DNA of 63,639 nt, the filler included, from Candidatus Woesearchaeota archaeon (GTDB taxonomy: Archaea > Nanobdellota > Nanobdellia > Woesearchaeales > CG1-02-33-12), in assembly GCA_018399355.1 (NCBI GenBank). It is 7 parts of 7 records of this genome, joined end to end, with 100 filler letters (N's around TTAATTAATTAA, not from the genome) between each part and the next. Parts side by side here need not be neighbours in the genome. Positions count along the whole stretch, not along the records: positions 1 to 10,282 come from JAGYOA010000032.1; positions 10,383 to 20,652 come from JAGYOA010000033.1; 5 more parts are not named here. One strand, 5' to 3'. Shown in pieces: positions 8,135-17,230 of the stretch. Below the pieces are notes generated by a model, which saw only the letters and a list, made by a program, of their open reading frames with translations, was not told the DNA's origin and searched no databases. Made by a program: the position numbers and the translations under genes. The first letter of the stretch is position 1. Each line of letters opens with the position of its first letter.

Positions 8135-10171
8135 TCAAGAAAAACTTATATAATCAATGAAGCTTATTATTTCTTCTAAGTTTTCCTCTGTTATAATATC
8201 CACAGGGATATCAATCCCAATCTCATTATCTCCCTTTGAAAGCATAAAATACATTTCCTTTAAGTAATCTAAATCATACATCTCTAAATTGCTCCAGTCT
8301 TTAACCATATAGATATCTATCTCTTTTCTTTTAATCGGAACTATTGTTGTATCCCATGAGCCGGTTATTGTTGATTCGATGTTTTCTGTAATTTCTATTT
8401 TTTTGTTTATCCAGTCATCATCTCTTGGGATTATTGAGGTTATTTTTTTACTCGCAATGTTTTCTATTTTATTGATGTAATCAAATGTATCAGCATCTTT
8501 TGAAGTCATGATTCCTAATTCAGTTTCATTTAAGATTCTTAAAAAATTTATAGAGCTATTATTTGGCATAGTTTTGTTTGAAACCAAAACCAAGGTGTGA
8601 GATAAATTATTTTTTTTGATTTCCTGAATTATAACTGAAAGATAATCCATATTTTTTATTTCTCCCTCTTCTGTGATTTTTGCTTCATTGAGCCTTATGA
8701 AAACACTCTTTTCAGCTTCTGGAAGGGAAACATAATTTATTTTTTTCAAGCATTCTTGTTTTGATATTTTTTGCAGTTCTTTTGTCAATATTATTGTTGT
8801 TTCTCCATGAAGATAGCCGCAATCCTCGATGTTGTTTTTAGAGAGAATATAACTTAACCTGTTATTAAAACTTTCAATGCAAAAATTATCATTTTCAGGG
8901 CATGGATAACAATCAGGATTAAAAATAAGCCATTGGGATTTGTTTTCTTTTAGATATGCTAAATATATGTGGCCAAGATTTGGCCCAGGAAGCATTTCTG
9001 CTTTTGAATCTAAATAAATCAAAGGCAATGCACTGTTAGTTATTATTTTTTCATTTGGATAACTCTTTATCAATTCAGCTATCTCTGAATTATGTTCTGT
9101 TCCATCTTTTAATGCAGAATTGACTGAAAAAACAAGTCCCTGAATAAATATCAATGCGATCAGCCAGGGTAAAAATTTCTTGTGTTTTTTTATTATGATA
9201 TAAGCACCATAACCAGCAAAAGGAAAAAGAAATATTATAACAGGAACCATATAGCGCGGCTCATACCTTGGAACCATTAACGAAAAATACAAAAAGAAAA
9301 GGATTATGCATGATGCAAATAGCAAGTAATCCTTTTTCTTGAATTTCAACAGTTGTTTTATTCCTATTAATGAAAAAATTAGAAGAATTGCATCTGTTGT
9401 TATTATACTCATCAAATATTTTAATATTCCTCCATTTCCATAGATCCATGCCTGGCCGCTTATGTGGGATGAAGCTTCAAGCAATGGTCCAAAAATCCTG
9501 CCAAAAAAAGTTCCTGAATAATGAAAAAAATTAAATGTAAAATAAGGTATTGATATTATTAATATTCCAAAGACAAACTCGATTATTTTTGCAAGCTTTT
9601 TTTCTTTGATTATAATATAAAATAATATGGGCAGAACAACAGCTATTGCAGGAAATCTGAAAAGAAAGCCCCCTCCTATTGCAATTCCCGCAAAAAGATA
9701 TTTCCTATCAATAGCAAGGGAGCAAGCCAAAAGAGCTAATGCATAGGCAGGAATGTCTGTGAGGATATAACCTCCGTGCCTTAGCATTAAGATGCTTGCT
9801 GAAAAGAAAATCATGGCCCATCTTGCGGAATTTTCATTAAAAACTTTTTTTGTTGTATAATAAACAATTGGAATTGCTGATATTGTTAGAAGCATCCCTA
9901 AAATTCTCCCTGTGAAAAGAGAATTAAAAGGAACCCACTGAAGAGGTATTAGTAAAAAAGGAAGGGCCAGAGGCCTTATTCCTTCAAAATATCCGATTTT
10001 TCCAAGGCTTGCGAAATATTTTGATATCCCAACATAAACACCCTCATCAAAGAAAACAACTCCGTTTGTGTAAATTATAAGTTTAAACACAAAATATAAA
10101 ATGCAGCATATTATTATGAAAATTAATGTTTTTTTCTTTAAATAATCTTTATTATGGTTATTTTTTTTCAT
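8135..10171 (-). CDS. GT-C (PMT_2/ArnT-like) glycosyltransferase with large C-terminal extracytoplasmic region
   Basis: FFDEGVY loop after TM1, ILTDIP, FLFRFP and PRYEPRY motifs; about 11 TMs. Confidence 0.8.
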   Translation of the reverse strand: MKKNNHNKDYLKKKTLIFIIICCILYFVFKLIIYTNGVVFFDEGVYVGISKYFASLGKIGYFEGIRPLALPFLLIPLQWVPFNSLFTGRILGMLLTISAIPIVYYTTKKVFNENSARWAMIFFSASILMLRHGGYILTDIPAYALALLACSLAIDRKYLFAGIAIGGGFLFRFPAIAVVLPILFYIIIKEKKLAKIIEFVFGILIISIPYFTFNFFHYSGTFFGRIFGPLLEASSHISGQAWIYGNGGILKYLMSIITTDAILLIFSLIGIKQLLKFKKKDYLLFASCIILFFLYFSLMVPRYEPRYMVPVIIFLFPFAGYGAYIIIKKHKKFLPWLIALIFIQGLVFSVNSALKDGTEHNSEIAELIKSYPNEKIITNSALPLIYLDSKAEMLPGPNLGHIYLAYLKENKSQWLIFNPDCYPCPENDNFCIESFNNRLSYILSKNNIEDCGYLHGETTIILTKELQKISKQECLKKINYVSLPEAEKSVFIRLNEAKITEEGEIKNMDYLSVIIQEIKKNNLSHTLVLVSNKTMPNNSSINFLRILNETELGIMTSKDADTFDYINKIENIASKKITSIIPRDDDWINKKIEITENIESTITGSWDTTIVPIKRKEIDIYMVKDWSNLEMYDLDYLKEMYFMLSKGDNEIGIDIPVDIITEENLEEIISFIDYISFS

Positions 10172-10179
10172 TTAAACTA

Positions 10180-10282
10180 TTAAGAATCGTTTATTACACT
10201 AACAGCAATCTTTCTCTCGCTTCTTGGGCCATCCAGTTCAAAAAAAGCAATCTGCTGCCATGTTCCCAACTGCAACTTTCCA
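10180..10282 (-). CDS. yjbQ: YjbQ/UPF0047 family protein, 3' fragment (cut by contig end)
   Basis: Manual translation GKLQLGTWQQIAFFELDGPRSERKIAVSVINDS* matches the LGTWQ..F.E.DGPR signature; not in the ORF track. Confidence 0.8.
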
Positions 10283-10382
10283 NNNNNNNNNNNNNNNNNN
10301 NNNNNNNNNNNNNNNNNNNNNNNNNNTTAATTAATTAANNNNNNNNNNNNNNNNNNNNNNNNNNNNNNNNNNNNNNNNNNNN
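10283..10382. other. artificial contig linker
   Basis: N44-TTAATTAATTAA-N44 (stops in all frames). Confidence 0.98.
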
Positions 10383-10590
10383 TTAATTCTGCCTTTTCGC
10401 TTGCTCTTATCTTAACTGATGAATAATAATCTTTTTCCTTTAATCCTAAGCTAAGCCCAAGATTAGGGGCATCAACATCACAGTCTGCAACAACAATCTT
10501 TTTTTCTCTTGCCAGCATTACAGCTAAGCAAGATGAAACAGTTGTTTTTCCTGTTCCTCCCTTCCCTGAAAAAATTGTTATTGTTTTCAT
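10383..10590 (-). CDS. MinD-like P-loop ATPase (COG1149 type), 5' fragment
   Basis: [10 protein letters not shown] and [11 protein letters not shown]; truncated by linker; paralog of 12001-12846. Confidence 0.8.
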
Positions 10591-10606
10591 TTGCAACCAA
10601 GTTAAG

Positions 10607-11233
10607 TTAATTAAAAATACTTTTTATTGAACCCATAACCTTATTTAAACTTTCATAAAAAACATTATATAAATTGATAAAAATATTTTTAGAAGGTTCT
10701 TCAGGAACCATCACATAAATTTTCTTTGTTATGCCATACTTGTTATCAGAATCTTTTTCACATGAAGACTCTTCATCAACACAAACATGAACATTAAAAA
10801 CATATGTTCCTTTTTCTGCTTTTTTTGGAATTTTAATACCTATTAAAATATTTCTTTGTTTATTTGAATCAATATTAATCTTACCTTTATTTATGATTTC
10901 AAACTCAAGTTTTGTATCTGGGTAATCTTTATAATATTCCCTCTCTAAATTTATGTAAAACTCTTTTTCTTCATCATATGTATTAAATATTCCAAGGGTA
11001 AAAAAACCAACTTCATTTGTTTTTATTAATTGGTTATTTGGTGAAATACATAATTTTTCTGAACTATCACATAAGATATATTTCAATTCCTTTTCCCCTT
11101 TTGGAAATGGAAATTTCAAAATTGGTTCATAAGTGAGGTTATAAACATATCTAAAACAAAACAAAAACATAACTATCAGTAATAATATGATTATAAAAAC
11201 GTTGTTTGATATTTTGAATTTTTTGTTTTTCAT
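10607..11233 (-). CDS. membrane-anchored hypothetical protein with beta-rich extracellular domain
   Basis: N-terminal TM; beta-strand pattern ([19 protein letters not shown]). Confidence 0.55.
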   Translation of the reverse strand: MKNKKFKISNNVFIIILLLIVMFLFCFRYVYNLTYEPILKFPFPKGEKELKYILCDSSEKLCISPNNQLIKTNEVGFFTLGIFNTYDEEKEFYINLEREYYKDYPDTKLEFEIINKGKINIDSNKQRNILIGIKIPKKAEKGTYVFNVHVCVDEESSCEKDSDNKYGITKKIYVMVPEEPSKNIFINLYNVFYESLNKVMGSIKSIFN

Positions 11234-11234
11234 T

Positions 11235-11426
11235 TTATATTTTTTTTATTGAACCATCAGGCATCATATTATCCGGATGATATTTTCCCTTTTCATCATA
11301 TTTGTATCTTTTGCAGTTTTTCCAGTTTTCATCTGTTTCACAATAGCTTTTTCTCCATTTATCTGTTATCTTTCCTTGTTTTTCCAATCTTCTTAGAGGG
11401 CATATCTTTAACCATTTGCAGGTCAT
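11235..11426 (-). CDS. small Cys-rich protein coupled to UDG
   Basis: 63 aa, C-x5-C-x19-C-x8-C plus HPDNMMPDG; ATG directly abuts the UDG stop. Confidence 0.7.
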   Translation of the reverse strand: MTCKWLKICPLRRLEKQGKITDKWRKSYCETDENWKNCKRYKYDEKGKYHPDNMMPDGSIKKI

Positions 11427-12017
11427 CTACTCACCTAATAATTTTTTTAAAACTAAAAAATCCTGCTTTAAAGTATCTTTCATGTTTGCGTTATAAGTTG
11501 CAACAGCAGGATGATATAATGGAACTATTTTTATTACATTAAACAAGGTGCTCACATTAAATACCTGGCCATGAATCTTGCTTATTCCCTTTATTTTATC
11601 CTTTAAATTGAATTTTTCCATTATATAAGCAGTTGAAAAATTACCCAATGTCCCTATTATCTTTGGATTTAATATCTTTATTTGATTATCAAGGAAGGGA
11701 GAAAACTGATTTATTTCCTCTTTTGTAGGATTTCTGTTTTTTGGGGGTCTTAACTTGACAATATTTGTTATGAAGATATCCTCTCTTTTTAGCCCTGCAT
11801 TATTTAAAATCTCATCCAGTATCTTTCCTGCAGCCCCGCAGAAAGGTTTTCCAGTAATTGACTCATTATATCCAGGAGCTTCCCCTATAAGAATTATATC
11901 AGGATCTAACGAACCCTCACCAAAAACAGGAAAAGTGCCTTCTTCATATAAGGGATGTTTTTTGCAAAACTCATTGCATTCTTTTTTTAGTTTTTTAATT
12001 TCATCTTGTTTTTCCAT
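11427..12017 (-). CDS. udg: family-4 uracil-DNA glycosylase (Fe-S cysteines largely lost)
   Basis: VFGEG, IGEAPG..E..G.PF.G.AG, RPP.NRNP and YHPA motifs. Confidence 0.9.
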   Translation of the reverse strand: MEKQDEIKKLKKECNEFCKKHPLYEEGTFPVFGEGSLDPDIILIGEAPGYNESITGKPFCGAAGKILDEILNNAGLKREDIFITNIVKLRPPKNRNPTKEEINQFSPFLDNQIKILNPKIIGTLGNFSTAYIMEKFNLKDKIKGISKIHGQVFNVSTLFNVIKIVPLYHPAVATYNANMKDTLKQDFLVLKKLLGE

Positions 12018-12846
12018 TTTGCAAATCTTCAGCTAATTTTTTTATGCTTTTGTGGCTTACTGGTTTTCCTTTTGAGTATGATTCCATTATTGATTTTTCA
12101 TAGGGAACTTCAGCAATAATCTTTGTATTGAATTTACTGGCTAATCTTTTTATAAGATTTTTGTCTCCAACATTTGCCTTGTTTAATACAATGTTTGAAG
12201 GAATCTTTAATACCCTCAATAATTCTAAAATTAATTTAAGGTCATGCTCTCCTAAGGGAGTCGGCTCTGTAACCGCAAGAGCTATTTCACTTTTTTCTAA
12301 TGCAGCTATGACATCACAATGCGTTCCTGCAGCAGTATCAACCAGAATAAAATCATACTTTTTGTTTTTTGATTTAATATAATCATTTAAAGCATTTATA
12401 ACAAATTCAGATGACGGCTGATTCGGCTCTAGCTCTGCTGACAAAAAATCAATATTTCCTTTTTTTCCTTCATATATTGAGCCAACTTTTTTATTATCTT
12501 TTCCTATTGCATTTGTAGGGCATGCAAACATACATGCTCTGCATCCATTGCACTGCTCTGGAATAAAAATTGGATATTTTCCTTTTACAAAAACAATCGC
12601 ATGCTGCTTGCAGACCATGCTGCACTTCCCACATTTGATGCACTTCTTAAAATCCCATTTTGGTATTAACTGAAAAACATCCTTTATTTTTTTTCTTTTA
12701 ATTGAGAGAATTAAATGATCATTTGGGCAGTCTGCATCTGCATCTATCAAAAGAATTTTATTTTTCTTTGAAAGCTCAACAGCAAGAGATGTTGCTATTG
12801 TGCTTTTTCCAGTTCCCCCCTTTCCACCTGTTATGGCTATTTTCAT
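12001..12846 (-). CDS. MinD-like P-loop ATPase with inserted 2x[4Fe-4S] ferredoxin domain (COG1149)
   Basis: GGKGGTGKST, DADADCPN, CIKCGKCSMVC, CNGCRACMFACP, DTAAGTHC and VTEPTP. Confidence 0.9.
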   Translation of the reverse strand: MKIAITGGKGGTGKSTIATSLAVELSKKNKILLIDADADCPNDHLILSIKRKKIKDVFQLIPKWDFKKCIKCGKCSMVCKQHAIVFVKGKYPIFIPEQCNGCRACMFACPTNAIGKDNKKVGSIYEGKKGNIDFLSAELEPNQPSSEFVINALNDYIKSKNKKYDFILVDTAAGTHCDVIAALEKSEIALAVTEPTPLGEHDLKLILELLRVLKIPSNIVLNKANVGDKNLIKRLASKFNTKIIAEVPYEKSIMESYSKGKPVSHKSIKKLAEDLQNGKTR

Positions 12847-12894
12847 AATAAAAAAGAAGAATTCAAAATATTTAAATCTTTACAATAAAATTGC

Positions 12895-14004
12895 TTAGAC
12901 CATGCCCAAACTTAATGCAATAATCATTCCTATTCCAAGCAGCAATATTATTATTCCTGCAATAAGGTGAAGTGTTTTAAGCTTGGTTGTTCTCCACTCT
13001 TCTGCCTTTTCTGTTGTTGCAAGACCGAAGTGTATAAGCAACGTTATTCCAATCATAGGGAGTATAAATATAAAGTTATAAAGCAACAGCAGTAAAAACG
13101 CATAATCCCTCGTTGCAACCTTTGAAAGAAGGCCGAGTATTACAATATAGGGCCCAGAAGTGCATGGAAGCAAAAACAGGCTTATTAAAAAACCCATGAA
13201 AAATGCACCTGGAACAGAGGTTATGCTCCTTATCAATGCCTTTAATTTTGGTCTCCAGGACATTGGAACCTCCATAACAAACCATTTCCCATACCAAAAA
13301 TAATCCTTTAAGTTAAACAATCCAACTAGGATTGCAAGAACAGCGACAACAGCATAAAAAGAGTGTGTTAGTCCAGATGCCTGTATTGCTGAAAACAAAC
13401 CAATGCCCATAAGCAAGTAAGATATGTAAATAGAAATGCTGAATGCAATACCTGCAAGCAAAGCCTTTTTCCTATCTTTTGTTGCAAGTATTGTTGTCAT
13501 CAATATTATCAAAACAGCAAATGCACACGGATTTATTGCATCTACTGCAGCAGCAGAAACAACCGCAGGAATAGTTAGCTTTTGAATTACACTGCTCTGT
13601 GTGCAGTTTGTATCCTCTAGTTTTGTCATTGGTGAGCAACATCCCTGTTCAATGCAGGTTTTTATTTCAGCTTCAATTTGATTTCCTATTGCATCATTAA
13701 ATCCAACAAAAGCCTTTTCACCCATATAAAAAGTTGGAACTCCCTCTATCTTTTTGTCGTAAGCTCTAGATATATTTTCAAACAATTCCCTGTTTTCCTG
13801 GCTATTGTATGTTTCATATCTCTCAACATTTAAAGAGGGATATTTTTCTTCCATATTATCAAGGAATGACTCTGCTTTTGCACAGTGGGGGCACCCCTGC
13901 CCATAAAACATAAATAAATCAACTTCACCATTATTTTCAGCAGCATAGCCCATAGATGGAACTATTAAGAACATTAAAAACAAAACAAACATTACTTTCT
14001 TCAT
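12895..14004 (-). CDS. thioredoxin/glutaredoxin domain fused to DsbD/CcdA-type membrane domain
   Basis: Signal peptide, GCPHC, GVPT, then TM domain with DAINPCAF and LPCTSGPY; GGAGG SD favours ATG 14004. Confidence 0.8.
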   Translation of the reverse strand: MKKVMFVLFLMFLIVPSMGYAAENNGEVDLFMFYGQGCPHCAKAESFLDNMEEKYPSLNVERYETYNSQENRELFENISRAYDKKIEGVPTFYMGEKAFVGFNDAIGNQIEAEIKTCIEQGCCSPMTKLEDTNCTQSSVIQKLTIPAVVSAAAVDAINPCAFAVLIILMTTILATKDRKKALLAGIAFSISIYISYLLMGIGLFSAIQASGLTHSFYAVVAVLAILVGLFNLKDYFWYGKWFVMEVPMSWRPKLKALIRSITSVPGAFFMGFLISLFLLPCTSGPYIVILGLLSKVATRDYAFLLLLLYNFIFILPMIGITLLIHFGLATTEKAEEWRTTKLKTLHLIAGIIILLLGIGMIIALSLGMV

Positions 14005-14067
14005 TTTAGCCTCCATATTGCCTCGATTATTAGGAAATATTTATATATTCCTGTTTGTTTAAGAATG

Positions 14068-14106
14068 TGAAACAATATATAAATCCTTGTTTCATGTTTT
14101 GAAACA
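14068..14106. promoter_or_regulatory. candidate operator: TGAAACA/TGTTTCA boxes around a TATA box in a divergent promoter
   Basis: TGAAACA 14068-14074, TATATAAA 14076-14083, TGTTTCA-N5-TGAAACA 14088-14106. Confidence 0.55.
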
Positions 14107-14112
14107 TTAAAA

Positions 14113-14604
14113 ATGAGAATAAAAATAAGTGAACATAAAAACATGCTTTTAGTAATAATGATAATAGCTGTATTTATCTTTATAGTTTCTTTAGCATCTC
14201 TTTATACCCAAAGAGAAATCTCGTGCGGAAGGGCAACAACATGCACAATTCCATTGCCCTTCTTAATACCAATAACTGCCTCAATGGGGCTTTTTGTAGG
14301 CACTTTTGTATTTTATTTCATGGAATCAAAGATAGAGAAGCAGGATGTTAAGATAAGCGAGTCATCAGATGTTATATCAAGGCTTTTAAGCGCAGATGAA
14401 AGAAAATTAATCAATATCCTGGCTGAAAATAATGAATTAACCCAGTCCAAGCTTACATCTCTTTCTAAAATGCCAAGATTAAAAGTTTTCAGGACAATTG
14501 AAAAACTAAAACAAAAAGATCTCATTGAAAAAAAAGAAAAGGGAAAGCTAAGGATAATTAAACTAAAAGATGATTTTAAAAATTTAGCAAAAGAAATGAA
14601 TTAA
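14113..14604 (+). CDS. membrane-anchored winged-HTH transcriptional regulator
   Basis: Two TMs flanking a C-x5-C loop, then LSADERKLI..LTQSKL..KVFRTIEKL wHTH. Confidence 0.75.
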   Translation: MRIKISEHKNMLLVIMIIAVFIFIVSLASLYTQREISCGRATTCTIPLPFLIPITASMGLFVGTFVFYFMESKIEKQDVKISESSDVISRLLSADERKLINILAENNELTQSKLTSLSKMPRLKVFRTIEKLKQKDLIEKKEKGKLRIIKLKDDFKNLAKEMN

Positions 14605-14930
14605 TGCCCGCAGCTTTCTTGTAAATCCTGTATTTTATCAAGGTTTTCTATTACTTCCTTAACTATTGAAAATGGACCTGTCTTTAACTTAATATCAAGA
14701 TTTTTGCATTTTTCCATTGCTCTCATTCCCATTCCAAAGCAATATATTGCATCAACCTCATGGCCTTCCAAAGACTCAACAGGGGCGCATCCTTCAACAT
14801 TTTTAACATCAATAAAACTTAAATCATCTTTTTCTGAATCATAAACTGCTAAATACTGCACATGGCCAAAATGTTCTGCTATCTCTGACTCTTTCCCTTT
14901 ATTGTCAAATACTGGCATAGCAATTCTCAT
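14601..14930 (-). CDS. NifB/NifX-family (FeMo-co-binding-like) protein
   Basis: MRIAMP, EHFGH, CFGMGMRA and C-terminal SCGH. Confidence 0.85.
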   Translation of the reverse strand: MRIAMPVFDNKGKESEIAEHFGHVQYLAVYDSEKDDLSFIDVKNVEGCAPVESLEGHEVDAIYCFGMGMRAMEKCKNLDIKLKTGPFSIVKEVIENLDKIQDLQESCGH

Positions 14931-16165
14931 TTTTTCCTCCTTGTTGGAATTTTAAGTTTTTCCAACCTTTTTTCTTTAAAATTATTTAAAACAGTTTTTA
15001 CTTTTTTTCCTTTTGTTTTGTAAACCTCAACAAGGTTATCCCTTAGAGTGTGAAATGATATTTCGCCCATCTCCTGGGTTATCAATACATCAATATTCTC
15101 TTTTAAAACGAATCTTGCTGCCGAGAGACCTGCCCTTATGTTTTTATTCTTAAAAGGATTCTTCTTAAAATAATGTGAAACTGTATTTTTTCCATTAACA
15201 TCAACAAAAATAAAATGTTCAGCCCTTCCAAAATGGTTGATTACCTCTGATTCAAGGCCTTTTTTATTTTTTACAGGGATCACAATCTTTTGCTTTTCAG
15301 TTTTAAAGGGCTCTATATGTATAGTGAAAGACTCAACTTCATTTATGTTTTTCTGGATTTTTTCCTCTATCTTGTCTGAAACCTCATGGGCCCTTTCAAC
15401 ATCAACAAATTTTCTTATCTTTACATGTGCATCACCAAATATGAATGGCCCTGCTGCCCTTAATCTTATATGTTTTACATCCTCTACTCCATTTATTGAA
15501 ACTATTATTTTTTTTATTTTTCTCTCTGTTTCATTGCTTGGACAAACATCCATCAAGGCAAATATGGCATCCTTTGCTGTTATTACTCCCATTCTTAAAA
15601 CAATAATAGAAATGATTATTGAAAGACCTCCTTCAATGTAAGGGATATTTTTAAAATATATAACTACAAATATTATTATGGAAACAAAAAAGTCCTTTAA
15701 TCTGTCTTTTCCGCTTGCTATCAAGCTTTGTATATTCAGTTCATTACCTTTTTTCTTTAAGTATAATGAAATAATTAAAGAGATTACTGCTGAGAGAGCA
15801 ACAACCACAAACGCAACAAAACCATAATCTGTTTTTGTTGGCGAGATTAATCTTTCATAACTGCTTATAAGAAGATTTATTGCTGCATAAACTATTAATC
15901 CTCCAATAAACAAAGATGCAATGCTCTCTGCCTTATAATAGCCATATGGAAACTTCTCATCCGGCTTTTTCTGCGCTATTTTTAATCCAAAAAAAGATGC
16001 AAAACTTGATGCAATATCTGTTGCTGACTCAAGTGCATCTGCAATCAAAACAACACTTCCTGACAAAAAACCAACAATTCCTTTAATTAGTGCGAGAAAA
16101 AAAGAAACAAAGCTGGATAATATTGATATTCTCTCTCCCTTTTTTAAAATTTCATTTCTTTCCAT
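14927..16165 (-). CDS. cation diffusion facilitator transporter with C-terminal NifX-like domain
   Basis: SGSVVLIADA, FPYGYYKAE, dimerisation domain ending IHIEP, then HFGRAEHF..EMGE NifX domain. Confidence 0.9.
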   Translation of the reverse strand: MERNEILKKGERISILSSFVSFFLALIKGIVGFLSGSVVLIADALESATDIASSFASFFGLKIAQKKPDEKFPYGYYKAESIASLFIGGLIVYAAINLLISSYERLISPTKTDYGFVAFVVVALSAVISLIISLYLKKKGNELNIQSLIASGKDRLKDFFVSIIIFVVIYFKNIPYIEGGLSIIISIIVLRMGVITAKDAIFALMDVCPSNETERKIKKIIVSINGVEDVKHIRLRAAGPFIFGDAHVKIRKFVDVERAHEVSDKIEEKIQKNINEVESFTIHIEPFKTEKQKIVIPVKNKKGLESEVINHFGRAEHFIFVDVNGKNTVSHYFKKNPFKNKNIRAGLSAARFVLKENIDVLITQEMGEISFHTLRDNLVEVYKTKGKKVKTVLNNFKEKRLEKLKIPTRRKK

Positions 16166-16340
16166 TTTGATTTTTTTTGAAAAACAAAAGAGTGATTAAA
16201 AATACAACTATTATAACAATCCAAAATATTGTAAGGTTATATAATGAAAATGCGAAAAATCCAATATTTAGTATTAGCACTGCTGCAAGAAATATTGCTA
16301 TTACTTTTCTTGCTTTTAGTACATTAATACTTTTATCCAT
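16152..16340 (-). CDS. small two-TM membrane protein
   Basis: 62 aa hydrophobic ORF overlapping both neighbours within the operon. Confidence 0.55.
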   Translation of the reverse strand: MDKSINVLKARKVIAIFLAAVLILNIGFFAFSLYNLTIFWIVIIVVFLITLLFFKKNQNGKK

Positions 16341-16735
16341 TAATTGAACCCTCTTCTTTTAAATCCCTGTTTTGCAACACCCATAATCCCAGGGGTTTTT
16401 AATTCTTCAAGCTCCCCTTTTATGAAAAGATCTGCATCTTCCTTTACAGTCTTGCCTTTTGATTTATATGTTTTTATGTTTAACTGGTTTAAAACATCAA
16501 ATGCCCTCGGTCCAAATGAGCCAGATATAACTGCCTCAACTTTTTCATTTCCTATTGTTTGGGCAGACATTACTCCTGCACCCCCTGGCTGCATTACAGC
16601 CTCATTTTTTATTGCCTTTATATTTTTTATTTCATTGTTCTCAATATCCAAAATAATAAAATAAGGGCATCTCCCGAAAAAAGGGCTTGGCTGGCTTTCA
16701 ATATTATTTCCTGTTGAGCTTACTGCTATTTTCAT
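16340..16735 (-). CDS. NifB/NifX-family protein
   Basis: MKIAVSS, FGRCPYF, GGAGV.SAQ and GSFGPRA. Confidence 0.9.
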   Translation of the reverse strand: MKIAVSSTGNNIESQPSPFFGRCPYFIILDIENNEIKNIKAIKNEAVMQPGGAGVMSAQTIGNEKVEAVISGSFGPRAFDVLNQLNIKTYKSKGKTVKEDADLFIKGELEELKTPGIMGVAKQGFKRRGFN

Positions 16736-16738
16736 TTT

Positions 16739-17230
16739 TCATACCTCCGATAGTTTTTCAACAGCTAATCCTTGTGCTATAGACATGATAATCATTACTA
16801 TTATTAAAATTATTGTGTATTGAAGCCCAAAATATACTATTAATAATGGAAAAAGGGCAGGTTTTACTGCTGTGCTATAAAGAAAGGCAGTAATAAACCT
16901 TGTTTTAATTCCCTTGTTTTTTAAATCTTTAAGCAAGGGGTACCACATGAATATTGGGCCAGTTGAGATTAAACCAGCGCCTATTGCCAAAATCCATGTT
17001 TTTACACCAGTGTATTTTCCCAGGTTTTTAGTGAAATAATCCTTATTCATAAAATAGGTTGTTATAATCATCAATGCAAAAACAAGGAAAAGCACAGGAA
17101 GGATATTACATATCATTGATGAAAAAAGATTTATTGATAAAATAAACGAATTTCTGTCTAAAACTCCAATTGCAATATAAACAATTAAGACAAGAAACAA
17201 AAATATCCATCCACTATTTTTCTTTTTCAT
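16739..17230 (-). CDS. permease subunit (DUF318/ArsP-like half)
   Basis: Multi-TM; GLISTGPIFMWYPLL. Confidence 0.65.
   Translation of the reverse strand: MKKKNSGWIFLFLVLIVYIAIGVLDRNSFILSINLFSSMICNILPVLFLVFALMIITTYFMNKDYFTKNLGKYTGVKTWILAIGAGLISTGPIFMWYPLLKDLKNKGIKTRFITAFLYSTAVKPALFPLLIVYFGLQYTIILIIVMIIMSIAQGLAVEKLSEV

Noticed and set aside
10327..10338. Recurrent TTAATTAATTAA palindrome flanked by Ns (six copies) as a biological repeat
   Set aside because: Identical all-frame-stop spacer within fixed N runs; an assembly-joining artefact.
14601..16735. NifB/NifX domains as evidence of nitrogen fixation
   Set aside because: No nifH/D/K in the window; stand-alone NifX-like proteins are common in non-diazotrophic anaerobes.
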